From Candidatus Levyibacteriota bacterium (GTDB taxonomy: Bacteria > Patescibacteriota > Microgenomatia > Levybacterales > UBA12049): DNA of 64,000 nucleotides. The stretch spans positions 64,931 through 128,930 of the forward strand of contig DAIDHK010000003.1 in the NCBI GenBank assembly GCA_027459725.1, given 5' to 3'. A model generated the notes under the pieces. It ran no database searches, was not told where the DNA came from, and saw nothing but the letters and a program-made list of their open reading frames with translations. A program made the translations under genes and the position numbers. Numbering within the stretch: position 1 is the stretch's first letter; each line of letters begins with the position of its first letter. Of the stretch, positions 47,862 through 57,942 are shown piece after piece.

Positions 47862-48552
47862 GGTTTTATTGAAAGAATATATATACCGATAAAGATTAAG
47901 CTAATCTATAATATTTTTACTACCAGGATTTTTTATTTATGTCTTCTTTAGTAATATGTGGGAACCATCGGGATTGAATTGATCCTTCTATCAAAATGAA
48001 GAATGGTTGTATATCACCCAGCACTGGAATTAGAGCAATTGTTGCCAGTAATCACGCATATAGATAAATAATACCAGTGCTTCTATCAACTATTTCATCC
48101 AGAGACAGTATAGGTCATGTATTTTTATTAAATTGGCTTAACTCTAAGATAAAATTAGATTTGACGGTGTGTATAAAAAGAAGAATTATACTTCCAAAGG
48201 TACCTCTTTACTCCTGATAAGCAAAAGAAAGCCAGTAATTATTGCCTAAAAGTGGGTGTATTTAAATAATACGGGTATACCAGATGCATGTAAGCATCAT
48301 ATACCAGAATGATTCTCCTGGTATAAATATTCCTCTTGGACCTTTTTCTATACTCAGCAAGAGACCTTAAGATAAAATAATTAGGGCAAAAAAATGCGAG
48401 GATAATTCTCAGTTTAAGTGGGTCTCTTACTTTTTCCTCTATTAGAAATATTTTCATCTAACTGTAACACAGTAAAGAAGGGGTGACAGTAAGGCAAAAA
48501 ATATCCAGCTCGCGCTTATATTATATCGCACAAGATCGTTTGTATACTGGGA

Positions 48553-49119
48553 TTATTTTTTGAAAACTTTGCCGGGAAGCCATGGGGTACCTAAGAGAGG
48601 TAAAAGAGAGCGGTCAATTCCATACCACCCAGCGATTCTCCAGGCCAGAATGAGAAACAACTCCAATAGAAATAACAAAGGATTAACACTTACAGTGCCT
48701 GAAAATAGATAATTCATATTCATAAAAGCACCAAAAAAAGCAGCAATTCCTGTAAATGCACCTACGAGCAAACCCACACCCACAAGTAATTCACCATAGG
48801 AAACTAAATAAGAGAAAGTAACAGCGTTGGGCAAAACAAAATTATGCAGAAAAGTTGCATACCAACCTGCAACATCAGGATTTATTCCAGCTGTTTTATG
48901 CAAGGCTCCCTGAATAAAACCACTCAGGGCAACACCTGCTTTATTTCCCGTCCATACAATACTATTAACTTTTTCATACCCCGCTGACAACCATTGCCAA
49001 CTGACATAAAGACGGATTATTAACCATAACCAGGCTAACTTAGTATTAGCAAACAGAAATTTGGAAATCAATGGTTCAGGTATGGTTGTGACGAATTCCT
49101 GGGCAGATTTCTTAGTCAT
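48553..49119 (-). CDS. DoxX-family membrane protein
   Basis: Four TM helices with DoxX-like spacing. Confidence 0.5.
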   Translation of the reverse strand: MTKKSAQEFVTTIPEPLISKFLFANTKLAWLWLIIRLYVSWQWLSAGYEKVNSIVWTGNKAGVALSGFIQGALHKTAGINPDVAGWYATFLHNFVLPNAVTFSYLVSYGELLVGVGLLVGAFTGIAAFFGAFMNMNYLFSGTVSVNPLLFLLELFLILAWRIAGWYGIDRSLLPLLGTPWLPGKVFKK

Positions 49120-49208
49120 ATATATAGCTTAGCAAACTGAAAATAAATATCAAGATGATATTTGTTATACTAATAGTACTATAATGTCTTTTAAATCCAG
49201 GTAAATTT

Positions 49209-49718
49209 ATGAATAAATTATATATAATGTGCGGCATTCCTTTTGCCGGTAAAACTACGCTGGCCAATGAAATTGTCAAACTGAAAAATTTTACTAAAGT
49301 TGACCTTGATGAAGTGAAAATCTCTCTCTTTGGATCGGGGATTGAGGATCAGCAATTACAAAAAACCGATTGGGACAACATCTATCAGCAAATGTACCAT
49401 CATATTCAAATTTTTTTAGCTCAGGAAAAAACTGTTTTGCATGATACAGGTAATTTTACTCGACATGAAAGAGGTAATGTACGAAACATTGCAGCTATGA
49501 TGGGAATTGAAGCTATAACTATTTTTGTTGATACACCGGTAGAAGAAGCAAGAAAGAGATTAGATGTAAATCGGCTGACAAACGAAAGATTTGACATTTC
49601 CGACCAGGCTTTTTTAGCAGCTGTTACGGAAATGGAGATACCGGATATTAGTGAGAAATCTCTCATATATAATGGGGTGATACCGATGGAAGAATGGATA
49701 AGGCGGAATATAGACTAA
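49209..49718 (+). CDS. P-loop kinase-like AAA-domain protein (AAA_33/zeta-toxin-like fold)
   Basis: Walker A 'GIPFAGKTTLA'; 169 aa. Confidence 0.5.
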   Translation: MNKLYIMCGIPFAGKTTLANEIVKLKNFTKVDLDEVKISLFGSGIEDQQLQKTDWDNIYQQMYHHIQIFLAQEKTVLHDTGNFTRHERGNVRNIAAMMGIEAITIFVDTPVEEARKRLDVNRLTNERFDISDQAFLAAVTEMEIPDISEKSLIYNGVIPMEEWIRRNID

Positions 49719-49727
49719 TTTATAATT

Positions 49728-51512
49728 TTACTTATAGCCCTTTGCCTGAAGTTCAAATAGTTCTGCGTAAAGTCCTTTTTCTCTCATTAACTTTTTGTGG
49801 TCACCTTCTTCAACAATCTTTCCATCTTCCAAGACTATAATTCTGTCAGCATTTCTTACTGTTGAAAAACGATGAGAAATGATGATTACTGTTTTATCTT
49901 TTTGTAGCTTTTGTACATTTTCATATATTTCATATTCTGATTTTGCGTCTATAGCGCTGGTGGGTTCATCCAGTATAAGGATTGGAGCATCACGGAAGAA
50001 GGCTCTGGCGAGAGCTGATTTCTGCCATTGGCCGCCCGAGAGCTCAATGCCATCGTCAAACATTTTACCCACTGTTTGCTCCAAGCCTTTAGGTAGAGAA
50101 GACAAAAATTTATCTGCTCCCGCTTTTTTGATTGCCTGGTATAATAAATCAATGTTAGTTTTTTTTTCTTGGTTACCAAAAATAATGTTTTCTTTAAACG
50201 TAAACTGGTACTTTATAAAATCCTGAAAAAGCACACCTATTTGTTTATACCAGTCATCAAGATTTAATTGCTTGATATTGATTTTATTTATTAACAATTC
50301 ACCTTCTGTTACGTCATAAAAACGCAATAATAGTTTGATCAAGGTGGTCTTGCCAGCACCGTTTTCTCCGACTAGGGCGATTTTCTCTCCTGGTTTAATA
50401 GTTAGATTAAAGTTTTTGAGAATATATCGTTCGGTTTTGGGGTATTTAAAGGAGATATTTTTAAATGTAATTTCACAAGGTAGGTCACTTGCCGGAAACG
50501 ATGTGGGATTTTCCGGTGAGGAAATAACTTTTTTGGTTTCCATTAGCTGAAAAAATTTCTCAATATAATCTGTGCGCATTGAAATGCTGGAATACATATT
50601 GAGGATGTTTTCTACACCCGCTGCCAGTGCAATAATCTGCTGGAAGTAAAGTGTAAACTGACCAATTGAAATGATTTGTTTAACCACTGCATTCAACAAC
50701 AAATATAAGGAATAAACGAAAGCTACAACTTGCAGTATATTTCCGGCAAAATTTGCCTCAACGCCATCTTCTGAAACTTTATCAAAAGGTTTTAAGTAAT
50801 TATTGATAGATAACTGTACTTTGTTATGTAGAATCTTACCTGTCTTAAAGATAATTGCCTCTTTGGAGGTAGAATCTGAAGATAATAGGGATCTCACATA
50901 GCTGATAAGTCTGATAACTCTAGATCGTTTTTCAGAATAATATGGCCAGAGTTTTTGTCTATAAGAATCAGATATAAAGTAAACAGGTAGAGTGGCAATT
51001 ATGACTATGGGAGCTATCCATGGAAAGACTGGAGCTATTACCATGAGTGCGATTATAACTTTAATAATAAAATTTATAAGACCGCTGACTCGCTCTAGCA
51101 GTACTACCATCGGTCCAATGGTGCCGTCGGTCTGTGCCAGCAGACTCTGAAATTTAGACTTTTCAAAAGTAGCCGGATCAAGTGTTGATAGTTTCTTAAC
51201 TACTAAAATGTTTAAATAAAGTTCTATTTTCCCCTGGAAAAATGCATTACGCATTCCTTCATACGTTCCAAGATAATAGTTTAATAAACTGGAAAAAATA
51301 TATGCAAGTCCTACCCAGATAAACCTCTGCAAATCTGATGTTTGTCCAGCTGTGGTAAGTAAATCAATCGTCTTCGCGAGCAGTAGAGCTTGAATAAATG
51401 GATAAAAGGTATTGGAGTATGTATCGCTAAAAAATTGTATAACAACATAGACTCCGGTGGCGTGCCAAAATAACTTTAAAACCTTCCAGGTGATACTTAG
51501 GTTTTTATGCAT
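49728..51512 (-). CDS. ABC exporter, fused permease and ATP-binding protein (MsbA-like)
   Basis: 6-TM domain plus NBD: Walker A 'GENGAGKTTL', signature 'LSGGQWQKSALARAF', Walker B 'ILILDEPTS'. Confidence 0.85.
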   Translation of the reverse strand: MHKNLSITWKVLKLFWHATGVYVVIQFFSDTYSNTFYPFIQALLLAKTIDLLTTAGQTSDLQRFIWVGLAYIFSSLLNYYLGTYEGMRNAFFQGKIELYLNILVVKKLSTLDPATFEKSKFQSLLAQTDGTIGPMVVLLERVSGLINFIIKVIIALMVIAPVFPWIAPIVIIATLPVYFISDSYRQKLWPYYSEKRSRVIRLISYVRSLLSSDSTSKEAIIFKTGKILHNKVQLSINNYLKPFDKVSEDGVEANFAGNILQVVAFVYSLYLLLNAVVKQIISIGQFTLYFQQIIALAAGVENILNMYSSISMRTDYIEKFFQLMETKKVISSPENPTSFPASDLPCEITFKNISFKYPKTERYILKNFNLTIKPGEKIALVGENGAGKTTLIKLLLRFYDVTEGELLINKINIKQLNLDDWYKQIGVLFQDFIKYQFTFKENIIFGNQEKKTNIDLLYQAIKKAGADKFLSSLPKGLEQTVGKMFDDGIELSGGQWQKSALARAFFRDAPILILDEPTSAIDAKSEYEIYENVQKLQKDKTVIIISHRFSTVRNADRIIVLEDGKIVEEGDHKKLMREKGLYAELFELQAKGYK

Positions 51513-51534
51513 ATATGTAATATAACAAGAATAA

Positions 51535-52056
51535 TTAATCTTCGGCTAAACTAGTAATTAGTTGTTCCTCATACCCAAAGTAGCTCCACTGAGGATCATG
51601 TTTGAAGATAATTATATGCTGCAATTCTTTGACGGGAAACCATTTTACACATGCTACTTCTTCCTTTTCCAGCTCTAGCTGATTTAAATCTCCATTCCAG
51701 ATTGTATAAAAAACTGCCTGAAATTCTTTGGTAGGCAAACATTTGTAGATTTCATATAATGTTAAGTCAATTTCACGCGCACTTATTCCCACTTCCTCAT
51801 GTAGTTCCCGCAAAGCTCCTTCAAGATACTCTTGTTGAGGGGTTAAATGGCCACCAAAAAAGGGATCCCAGATGCCTGGGTTGATATCTTTTCGGATAGA
51901 TCTTTGTTGACATAGAATTTGTTTCTGGTTATTAATGATCCAAATATGCGAACATCTATGCCAATTCCCATTTTTATGTACGATATCTCGTGGAAGGGGT
52001 TTTATAGGTTGATTATTCTCATCAACTGTAAGGAGTAGTTCTTTTTTGATAACCAT
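51535..52056 (-). CDS. NUDIX hydrolase
   Basis: Nudix box 'GGHLTPQQEYLEGALRELHEEVGI'. Confidence 0.75.
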   Translation of the reverse strand: MVIKKELLLTVDENNQPIKPLPRDIVHKNGNWHRCSHIWIINNQKQILCQQRSIRKDINPGIWDPFFGGHLTPQQEYLEGALRELHEEVGISAREIDLTLYEIYKCLPTKEFQAVFYTIWNGDLNQLELEKEEVACVKWFPVKELQHIIIFKHDPQWSYFGYEEQLITSLAED

Positions 52057-52234
52057 AAAAAGTTAAAGATAACTTCGCGATTAATTTAATCCAAACATTG
52101 TTCTAAACTCATCTACTTTCAGCCAGACAATTTTTCTCGCAAGATATCGCATATATACGGCAATAGTGGTTTTACCGCTAGTCTTACCCCTCTTAGAATT
52201 ACTATGAAATGTTGCATGTTTAACATAATAACAT

Positions 52235-53329
52235 ATGAATAAGAAAAACAATTGGAGTAGAATAGAAAGGATGAAAAAAACTTTATTGATCTTGATTTTT
52301 TTTATTTTATTAACCACCTCAATTGGAGAAGGAATTTATATTTGGCATCAACAGAATGGATTTAATGCTTTACTCACATTACTGCAGCAAAAACCGCCAG
52401 CTCGTCGCACACCCCTGTTGGCTTATGATTTTCAAAATTTAAGAAAAACTAAATTTCCTGTTACACAAATTAATTTAGGTAATGTCGTCACATCAACCAG
52501 CACTTACATATCTCGTATCTTTTACTATTCAGTACCAGTAAAACCAAATAGCAATAAGCTGGAAAAAGTAAGCGGGTTAATGAATTTACCAGTCAAACCT
52601 GGTAACTATCCCGTGATAGTGATGTTTCGGGGTTACGTTGATCAGAATATATATAAACCTGGTATAGGTACCCAACCAGTAGCTCAAGTTTTAGCACAAA
52701 ACGGTTATATAACTTTGGCACCTGATTTCTTGGGTTATGGACAGTCAGCAAGTCCCTCGGCTGATCCGTTCGAAAACCGTTTTCAGACATATACAACAGC
52801 TTTGACTATGTTATCTTCGTTACCTACTTTGAATAAGGGCTTGAATTCTGTCTATGACGGAACCATGAGTGCAGATTTGACTAAAGTTGGTATTTGGGCA
52901 CACAGTAACGGTGGCCATATTGCTTTGTCTATATTGGCGATAAGTGGAGTTACTTATCCTACAGTGCTCTGGGCTCCAGTTTCTACGTCATTCCCATATG
53001 ATATTCTATACTATACTGATGAGTCAGATGATCAGGGGAAAGGCTTGCGAAAAGTTTTAGCTACTTTTGAAAAGGTATACAATACCGATTTATTTTCACC
53101 ACCACGATATTATAAATGGATTAAAGCACCTATTGAGTTAGACCAGGGCACTAATGATCATGAAGTTCCCTTTTGGTGGTCAGATCAGTTGGACGCAACT
53201 CTTACTAAAGATAAAGTTGATATAACATATAACACTTATCCAGGAGCGGATCATAATATGCTTCCCAATGGTTGGCCTAATGCTGTAAGTAATGATTTGC
53301 AATTCTATGCTAAAGAGTTTAGTAAATAG
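52235..53329 (+). CDS. Secreted alpha/beta-hydrolase-fold protein (putative esterase/peptidase)
   Basis: N-terminal TM/signal segment; nucleophile-elbow-like 'GIWAHSNGGHIAL'. Confidence 0.4.
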   Translation: MNKKNNWSRIERMKKTLLILIFFILLTTSIGEGIYIWHQQNGFNALLTLLQQKPPARRTPLLAYDFQNLRKTKFPVTQINLGNVVTSTSTYISRIFYYSVPVKPNSNKLEKVSGLMNLPVKPGNYPVIVMFRGYVDQNIYKPGIGTQPVAQVLAQNGYITLAPDFLGYGQSASPSADPFENRFQTYTTALTMLSSLPTLNKGLNSVYDGTMSADLTKVGIWAHSNGGHIALSILAISGVTYPTVLWAPVSTSFPYDILYYTDESDDQGKGLRKVLATFEKVYNTDLFSPPRYYKWIKAPIELDQGTNDHEVPFWWSDQLDATLTKDKVDITYNTYPGADHNMLPNGWPNAVSNDLQFYAKEFSK

Positions 53330-53391
53330 TAGCAAAAATATTGATATTCGATATGACAAACTTAAGAATTTTCCTCTACTCTAAAGATATC

Positions 53392-54114
53392 TCAAAGACC
53401 TTTGACATTGAAGAATCTACCAATAGAATAAGTGACAATCATAGCCAGGGCGCCACCAGCTACGACGCGGGTGGTAGCTTTGAGTATATTGGCTCCTCCA
53501 ATTTTGGCACTGATAGTTCCTGTAATCGCTAAGGCAAGTAAGACAGAGATAAAAGTAACAGGTGTTCTCAACGAAATAGGTAAAATTATAATTGTAATCA
53601 AAGGTATTATAGCTCCAACTAAAAATGAAGCGGCAGATGCAATAGCGGCATGCCAGGGGTTAGTAAGATTGTTGGGGTCAATCCCTAACTCTGCATCAAA
53701 ATGAGCTTTAACCGGATCATGAGCAGTCAACTCTTTGGCAACAATTTCGGCTGTTTTTTTACTCAAACCTTTATGTTGATAAATTTTTGCCAGTTCTTGC
53801 ATCTCTTCCTCAGGGTGATTGGCTAACTCTTCACGTTCTTTTTCCAATAACGCTTTTTCAGTATCTCTTTGACTACTTACAGATACATATTCTCCGGCAG
53901 CCATCGAGATTGAGCCTGCTATAATCCCAGCTATACCCGATGCGATAATTACTGAAGTCGATTCAGTTGCAGCGGCTACGCCTATGACTAAGCCAGCGAT
54001 AGACACTATTCCATCATTGGCACCCAAAACAGCTGCACGTAGCCAGTTTAGTTTAACAGCATGATTTGGCTTTTGTAACTTTTCTATATCTACCTCACTT
54101 ATTTCTTTAATCAT
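53392..54114 (-). CDS. VIT1/CCC1-family iron/manganese transporter
   Basis: 'LRAAVLGANDGIVSIAGLVIGVAAA'; five TM helices. Confidence 0.7.
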   Translation of the reverse strand: MIKEISEVDIEKLQKPNHAVKLNWLRAAVLGANDGIVSIAGLVIGVAAATESTSVIIASGIAGIIAGSISMAAGEYVSVSSQRDTEKALLEKEREELANHPEEEMQELAKIYQHKGLSKKTAEIVAKELTAHDPVKAHFDAELGIDPNNLTNPWHAAIASAASFLVGAIIPLITIIILPISLRTPVTFISVLLALAITGTISAKIGGANILKATTRVVAGGALAMIVTYSIGRFFNVKGL

Positions 54115-54140
54115 GGCAGTATTTAACTATAAATTTATAT

Positions 54141-55289
54141 TTATTTCAATATCTTACCAAACATTTGTTTAACTTTAGGGTCGCAAAACGCAGCTGCTAG
54201 TAAAGTTACTATAGGTACAGCTAAAAGTAAACCGGCTGTGCCGCCAATTGCTTTGATAATTTCCTCACTGAAAGATTCACTATTAATAATTACCCAGTAA
54301 GGCCATTGTTGCGGATTGAATAAGAAGAAGATTAAAATAGCAAGGCCTGAGCCGGCAAAGGCTAGAACCAGAGTATTGATTATAGAGATAGCATGTTCGC
54401 GTCCAATCATGAAGCCTCGAGCAAAAAGCTGTTTAAATGTTAAATTACTATTTTGATTGGCTAGCTCAAAAACAGTGTGAGCTTGAGTTACTGTTACGTC
54501 ATTTAAAGCCCCCAGAGTACTGATAATAATACCTCCTAACAAAATACCTTTAAGACTAATAATACTGGTTGTACCGAAATGTAAATCTGTAGCATCAGAG
54601 TTACCATAACCGTTTAATAATGTAAACTGAACCACCCATATGGCTATTAAATAAGTGATAAGTAAAGAAACTAAAGTAGAAAAAAGAGCAATTGTAGTCT
54701 GTCTTGATATACCATGTGCCACATAAGTAGTTAAAAATAAAATAATAACTGAACCAATCATTGAAACAGTCAGTGCGTCAGCTCCGGCTATAATCTGGGG
54801 TATAATGTAACTAAAAATAACAGCAAGACTGATAATCAGCCCGAAGATAGATCCGAGCCCTTTCCACCCTGCAATGGCTATAATTAGTATGAAAAAAGCT
54901 ATAATGGCAATTATTATTTGCGGTAAACGGTACTTATCATTGACGTAGTATTGAACATGACCACTTGAATCAGTTTCTTTATTTAGAATTATCGTTTCTC
55001 CTGTCTGCATGCTTAAATCAGCAACATGCTGAGGATCATAATTGACTTTCAGTTTTTTCCCTTTATCTGGTCCGCTTAATAACCTGACGGTCATATCTTG
55101 AGTTCCATTTTTTTCAGTAGAGATAGTCTGAATAAGTGCAGTAAGATAGGTGATAGTGGGAGCACTAGCACTTGAGTTAGTGGTAGAAGGTTGTGTGGAT
55201 GAAGGTGAGTTCGTCACTGCACTGGCAGGTATGATAAATTTTACGCTTAACAACAAAATGATAAACAAAACAAAGAAAAATTTTTTCAT
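54141..55289 (-). CDS. YibE/F-family membrane protein
   Basis: Signal segment, periplasmic N-domain, then ~7 TM helices. Confidence 0.45.
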   Translation of the reverse strand: MKKFFFVLFIILLLSVKFIIPASAVTNSPSSTQPSTTNSSASAPTITYLTALIQTISTEKNGTQDMTVRLLSGPDKGKKLKVNYDPQHVADLSMQTGETIILNKETDSSGHVQYYVNDKYRLPQIIIAIIAFFILIIAIAGWKGLGSIFGLIISLAVIFSYIIPQIIAGADALTVSMIGSVIILFLTTYVAHGISRQTTIALFSTLVSLLITYLIAIWVVQFTLLNGYGNSDATDLHFGTTSIISLKGILLGGIIISTLGALNDVTVTQAHTVFELANQNSNLTFKQLFARGFMIGREHAISIINTLVLAFAGSGLAILIFFLFNPQQWPYWVIINSESFSEEIIKAIGGTAGLLLAVPIVTLLAAAFCDPKVKQMFGKILK

Positions 55290-55420
55290 AAAGCTTTAGT
55301 TACTTAAGCTAAAGGGAAACTAAAAAATAGGCAGACGAAGTTTATTATACACTATTACACAATAGAGACAACCTGGGTTACCTGTTAAATAGCAAGTAAC
55401 CCCCAGCTGTCTGAGAGTAA

Positions 55421-55876
55421 TTACTGAGACGGATTGGGCTGATTATTGCCGTTTGTCATTGGCCTCCCACGCCCAAAGGTTGGATTTAAGTCTACATTGA
55501 ATGCAGTAACTGAGCCATCTGAATTTGTCGTCCCAATAATCATTACATTTTCGCCAGTCTTTAGATCGCTGGTCGAACCAGCAGTTTGTTTGGAAATACT
55601 AACGCTGCTTGGTAAAACAACAATCTTACTGCTACCATCTGCTAGTTTAACAGTCAGTGTATTGTTGCTAACACTGAGAATTTGGCCCCGCACAGCCTGG
55701 GTGTTGGAGTTATTACCACCTTGTCCTCCTGCAAATTGTCTATATACTCCACCTCCGCCACGTCCAGCAAAACCGGATATACGTTGATTCTGTTGATATT
55801 TCATGCCGGCATAAAAGCCAACTGCAGCTACTACGATTACAAGAATAACTACCAGAATTATATGATTATTTTTCAA
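55421..55876 (-). CDS. Secreted Gly-rich protein encoded at the end of the HlyD-ABC operon
   Basis: N-terminal TM helix, 'GRGGGGVYRQFAGGQGG', beta-rich C-terminus. Confidence 0.45.
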   Translation of the reverse strand: MKNNHIILVVILVIVVAAVGFYAGMKYQQNQRISGFAGRGGGGVYRQFAGGQGGNNSNTQAVRGQILSVSNNTLTVKLADGSSKIVVLPSSVSISKQTAGSTSDLKTGENVMIIGTTNSDGSVTAFNVDLNPTFGRGRPMTNGNNQPNPSQ

Positions 55877-55956
55877 TTAATTCACCCCCCTTCGAAATAA
55901 TATTAATATGAAAGTTTGTAGGTAATGCATACAAAGATCATTTTAGCCAACCATTC

Positions 55957-57168
55957 CTATTCATAGCGTAATGCTTCAATTGGACTAAGACTAGCGGCTT
56001 TTTGTGCCGGGTACCAGCCAAAAAGTATCCCTATACCCCCAGATACGCCAATAGCTAAAAATATGGCAAAAGTAGAGAGTACAAAAGGTAAGTTGATAAG
56101 AGAAGATACCAATGCGGAGACTAAAATGCCTACGACCATTCCCAAGAGTCCTCCCACAATTGTCAGCAGTACTGCTTCTACCAGAAATTGATATATAATA
56201 GTTTTTTTCTTGGCTCCCAAAGCTTTTCTTAATCCGATCTCTCGAATTCTTTCCGTAACTGTTACTAACATTATGTTCATGATTCCAATACCACCTACTA
56301 TAAGGGAAATAGCGGCAATTCCAGCCAGTAAACTCGTCAAAGTTCCAGTAACTGAACTGGCTGCTGTAAGAATCTGTTGTTGAGATAAGATACTGAAATC
56401 AGCTTGGGCAGGATCAGTAATATGATGACGGGCAAGTAGGAAATAGCCAACTTGATTCTCTGCAGCAGTCATTACATTTTGTGATTTAGCCGAAACTGTT
56501 ATATTATTTAAATAACTGGTGCCGCTTATTTCCTGCTGATCAGTCAGCAGGGGGATGTAAACAGTTGCGTCTGGATTTTGAAAACCGCTTCCTCCTTGTG
56601 AGACTGTAACACCAATTACTGTAAAAGTAGTGTTATCTATGCGTAATGTCTGTCCAACAGGAGATCCAGTAAATAAATCAGATGCTACTTGTGATCCGAT
56701 TACTGCCACTTTACTAAGAGATTGAGAGTTACTTATAAACGATCCTTGCTGCATTTGAGTATTGTGTACAATGGCATAAGAAGGAGTAACTCCCAGAATT
56801 GAATCGTTTTCATTATTACCATTGGCAATAACCTGTCCTCGAGAGGAAACTTCCGGAGATACCGCGGTAATATCTGATAACTGAGGAGAATTTTCCATGG
56901 CGATGGCATCAGCGTTAGTCAGTGTCTGGTTGCTTCCTGCGGCTTGACGAACTCCACCTGTGGTTTGAGCTCCGGGTATAATAGTCAAAGTATTTGCTCC
57001 CAAAGATTCTATTTGTTTCTGAACAGATTGCTGACTTGCTTGACCAAGTGAAATAAGAGCAATAACTGAACCGATACCAATAACAATTCCCAAAGTAGCA
57101 AGTCCGGTTCTTAGTTTATTTAAAGTTAGTGCCTCAATAGCTGATGATAAAAGTTCAAATAAATCCAT
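55957..57168 (-). CDS. ABC transporter permease, FtsX/MacB type
   Basis: Same architecture as 24598-25869. Confidence 0.75.
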   Translation of the reverse strand: MDLFELLSSAIEALTLNKLRTGLATLGIVIGIGSVIALISLGQASQQSVQKQIESLGANTLTIIPGAQTTGGVRQAAGSNQTLTNADAIAMENSPQLSDITAVSPEVSSRGQVIANGNNENDSILGVTPSYAIVHNTQMQQGSFISNSQSLSKVAVIGSQVASDLFTGSPVGQTLRIDNTTFTVIGVTVSQGGSGFQNPDATVYIPLLTDQQEISGTSYLNNITVSAKSQNVMTAAENQVGYFLLARHHITDPAQADFSILSQQQILTAASSVTGTLTSLLAGIAAISLIVGGIGIMNIMLVTVTERIREIGLRKALGAKKKTIIYQFLVEAVLLTIVGGLLGMVVGILVSALVSSLINLPFVLSTFAIFLAIGVSGGIGILFGWYPAQKAASLSPIEALRYE

Positions 57169-57210
57169 ATTATTTTTAGCTTAATGTCTATAAAATATTT
57201 CTAATAAATT

Positions 57211-57897
57211 TTAGTGTTTAGACGTTTTTTTATCACTTATTAATTTACCATCTTTTATCATGATTATTCTTTTAGCATTTTGGGCAATATCAGGTTCGTG
57301 TGTGATCATCACGATAGTGTGTCCTTGCTTATTTAAGTCTTTAAAAATATCCATGATTTCATTAGCCTGGGAGGAGGCAAGATTTCCAGTGGGTTCATCT
57401 GCTAACAAAATAGCTGGGTTCATAGCCAAGCCTCTGGCAATAGCTACTCTTTGCTGCTGCCCTCCGGAAAGCTGGTTAGTAGTATGCTCCAATCGATCTC
57501 CTAAACCGACCAATGTTAAGTATTTCTTTGCTCGCTCTATTCGTTCTTCTTTGGGTATTCCGGCATACATCAAAGGCAACATTACATTTTTCATAGTACT
57601 TCTTCGTGGAAGAAGATTGAATGCCTGAAAAACAAAACCAATTTTTCTGTTGCGGATATCTGCTAATTCATCATCAGTCAATTTGCTAACATCTTCTCCA
57701 TCAAGAATATATGTGCCTGAGGTAGGAGTATCTAGTGCTCCTATCATATGCATGAGAGTAGATTTGCCACTTCCAGAAGGACCCATTATAGCAACAAATT
57801 CGCCTTTGGATACATCAAAAGACACATCAGATAGCGCTATAGTCTCTGTACTGCCAACATAATAGATTTTGTTTAAATGTGATACGTGAATTAACAT
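57211..57897 (-). CDS. ABC transporter ATP-binding protein (MacB/LolD-like)
   Basis: Walker A 'GPSGSGKST', signature 'LSGGQQQRVAIARG', Walker B 'ILLADEPT'. Confidence 0.9.
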   Translation of the reverse strand: MLIHVSHLNKIYYVGSTETIALSDVSFDVSKGEFVAIMGPSGSGKSTLMHMIGALDTPTSGTYILDGEDVSKLTDDELADIRNRKIGFVFQAFNLLPRRSTMKNVMLPLMYAGIPKEERIERAKKYLTLVGLGDRLEHTTNQLSGGQQQRVAIARGLAMNPAILLADEPTGNLASSQANEIMDIFKDLNKQGHTIVMITHEPDIAQNAKRIIMIKDGKLISDKKTSKH

Positions 57898-57942
57898 ACA
57901 TAAGTTAATCTATGATTACTCTTTGAAATATTAAATATTATC

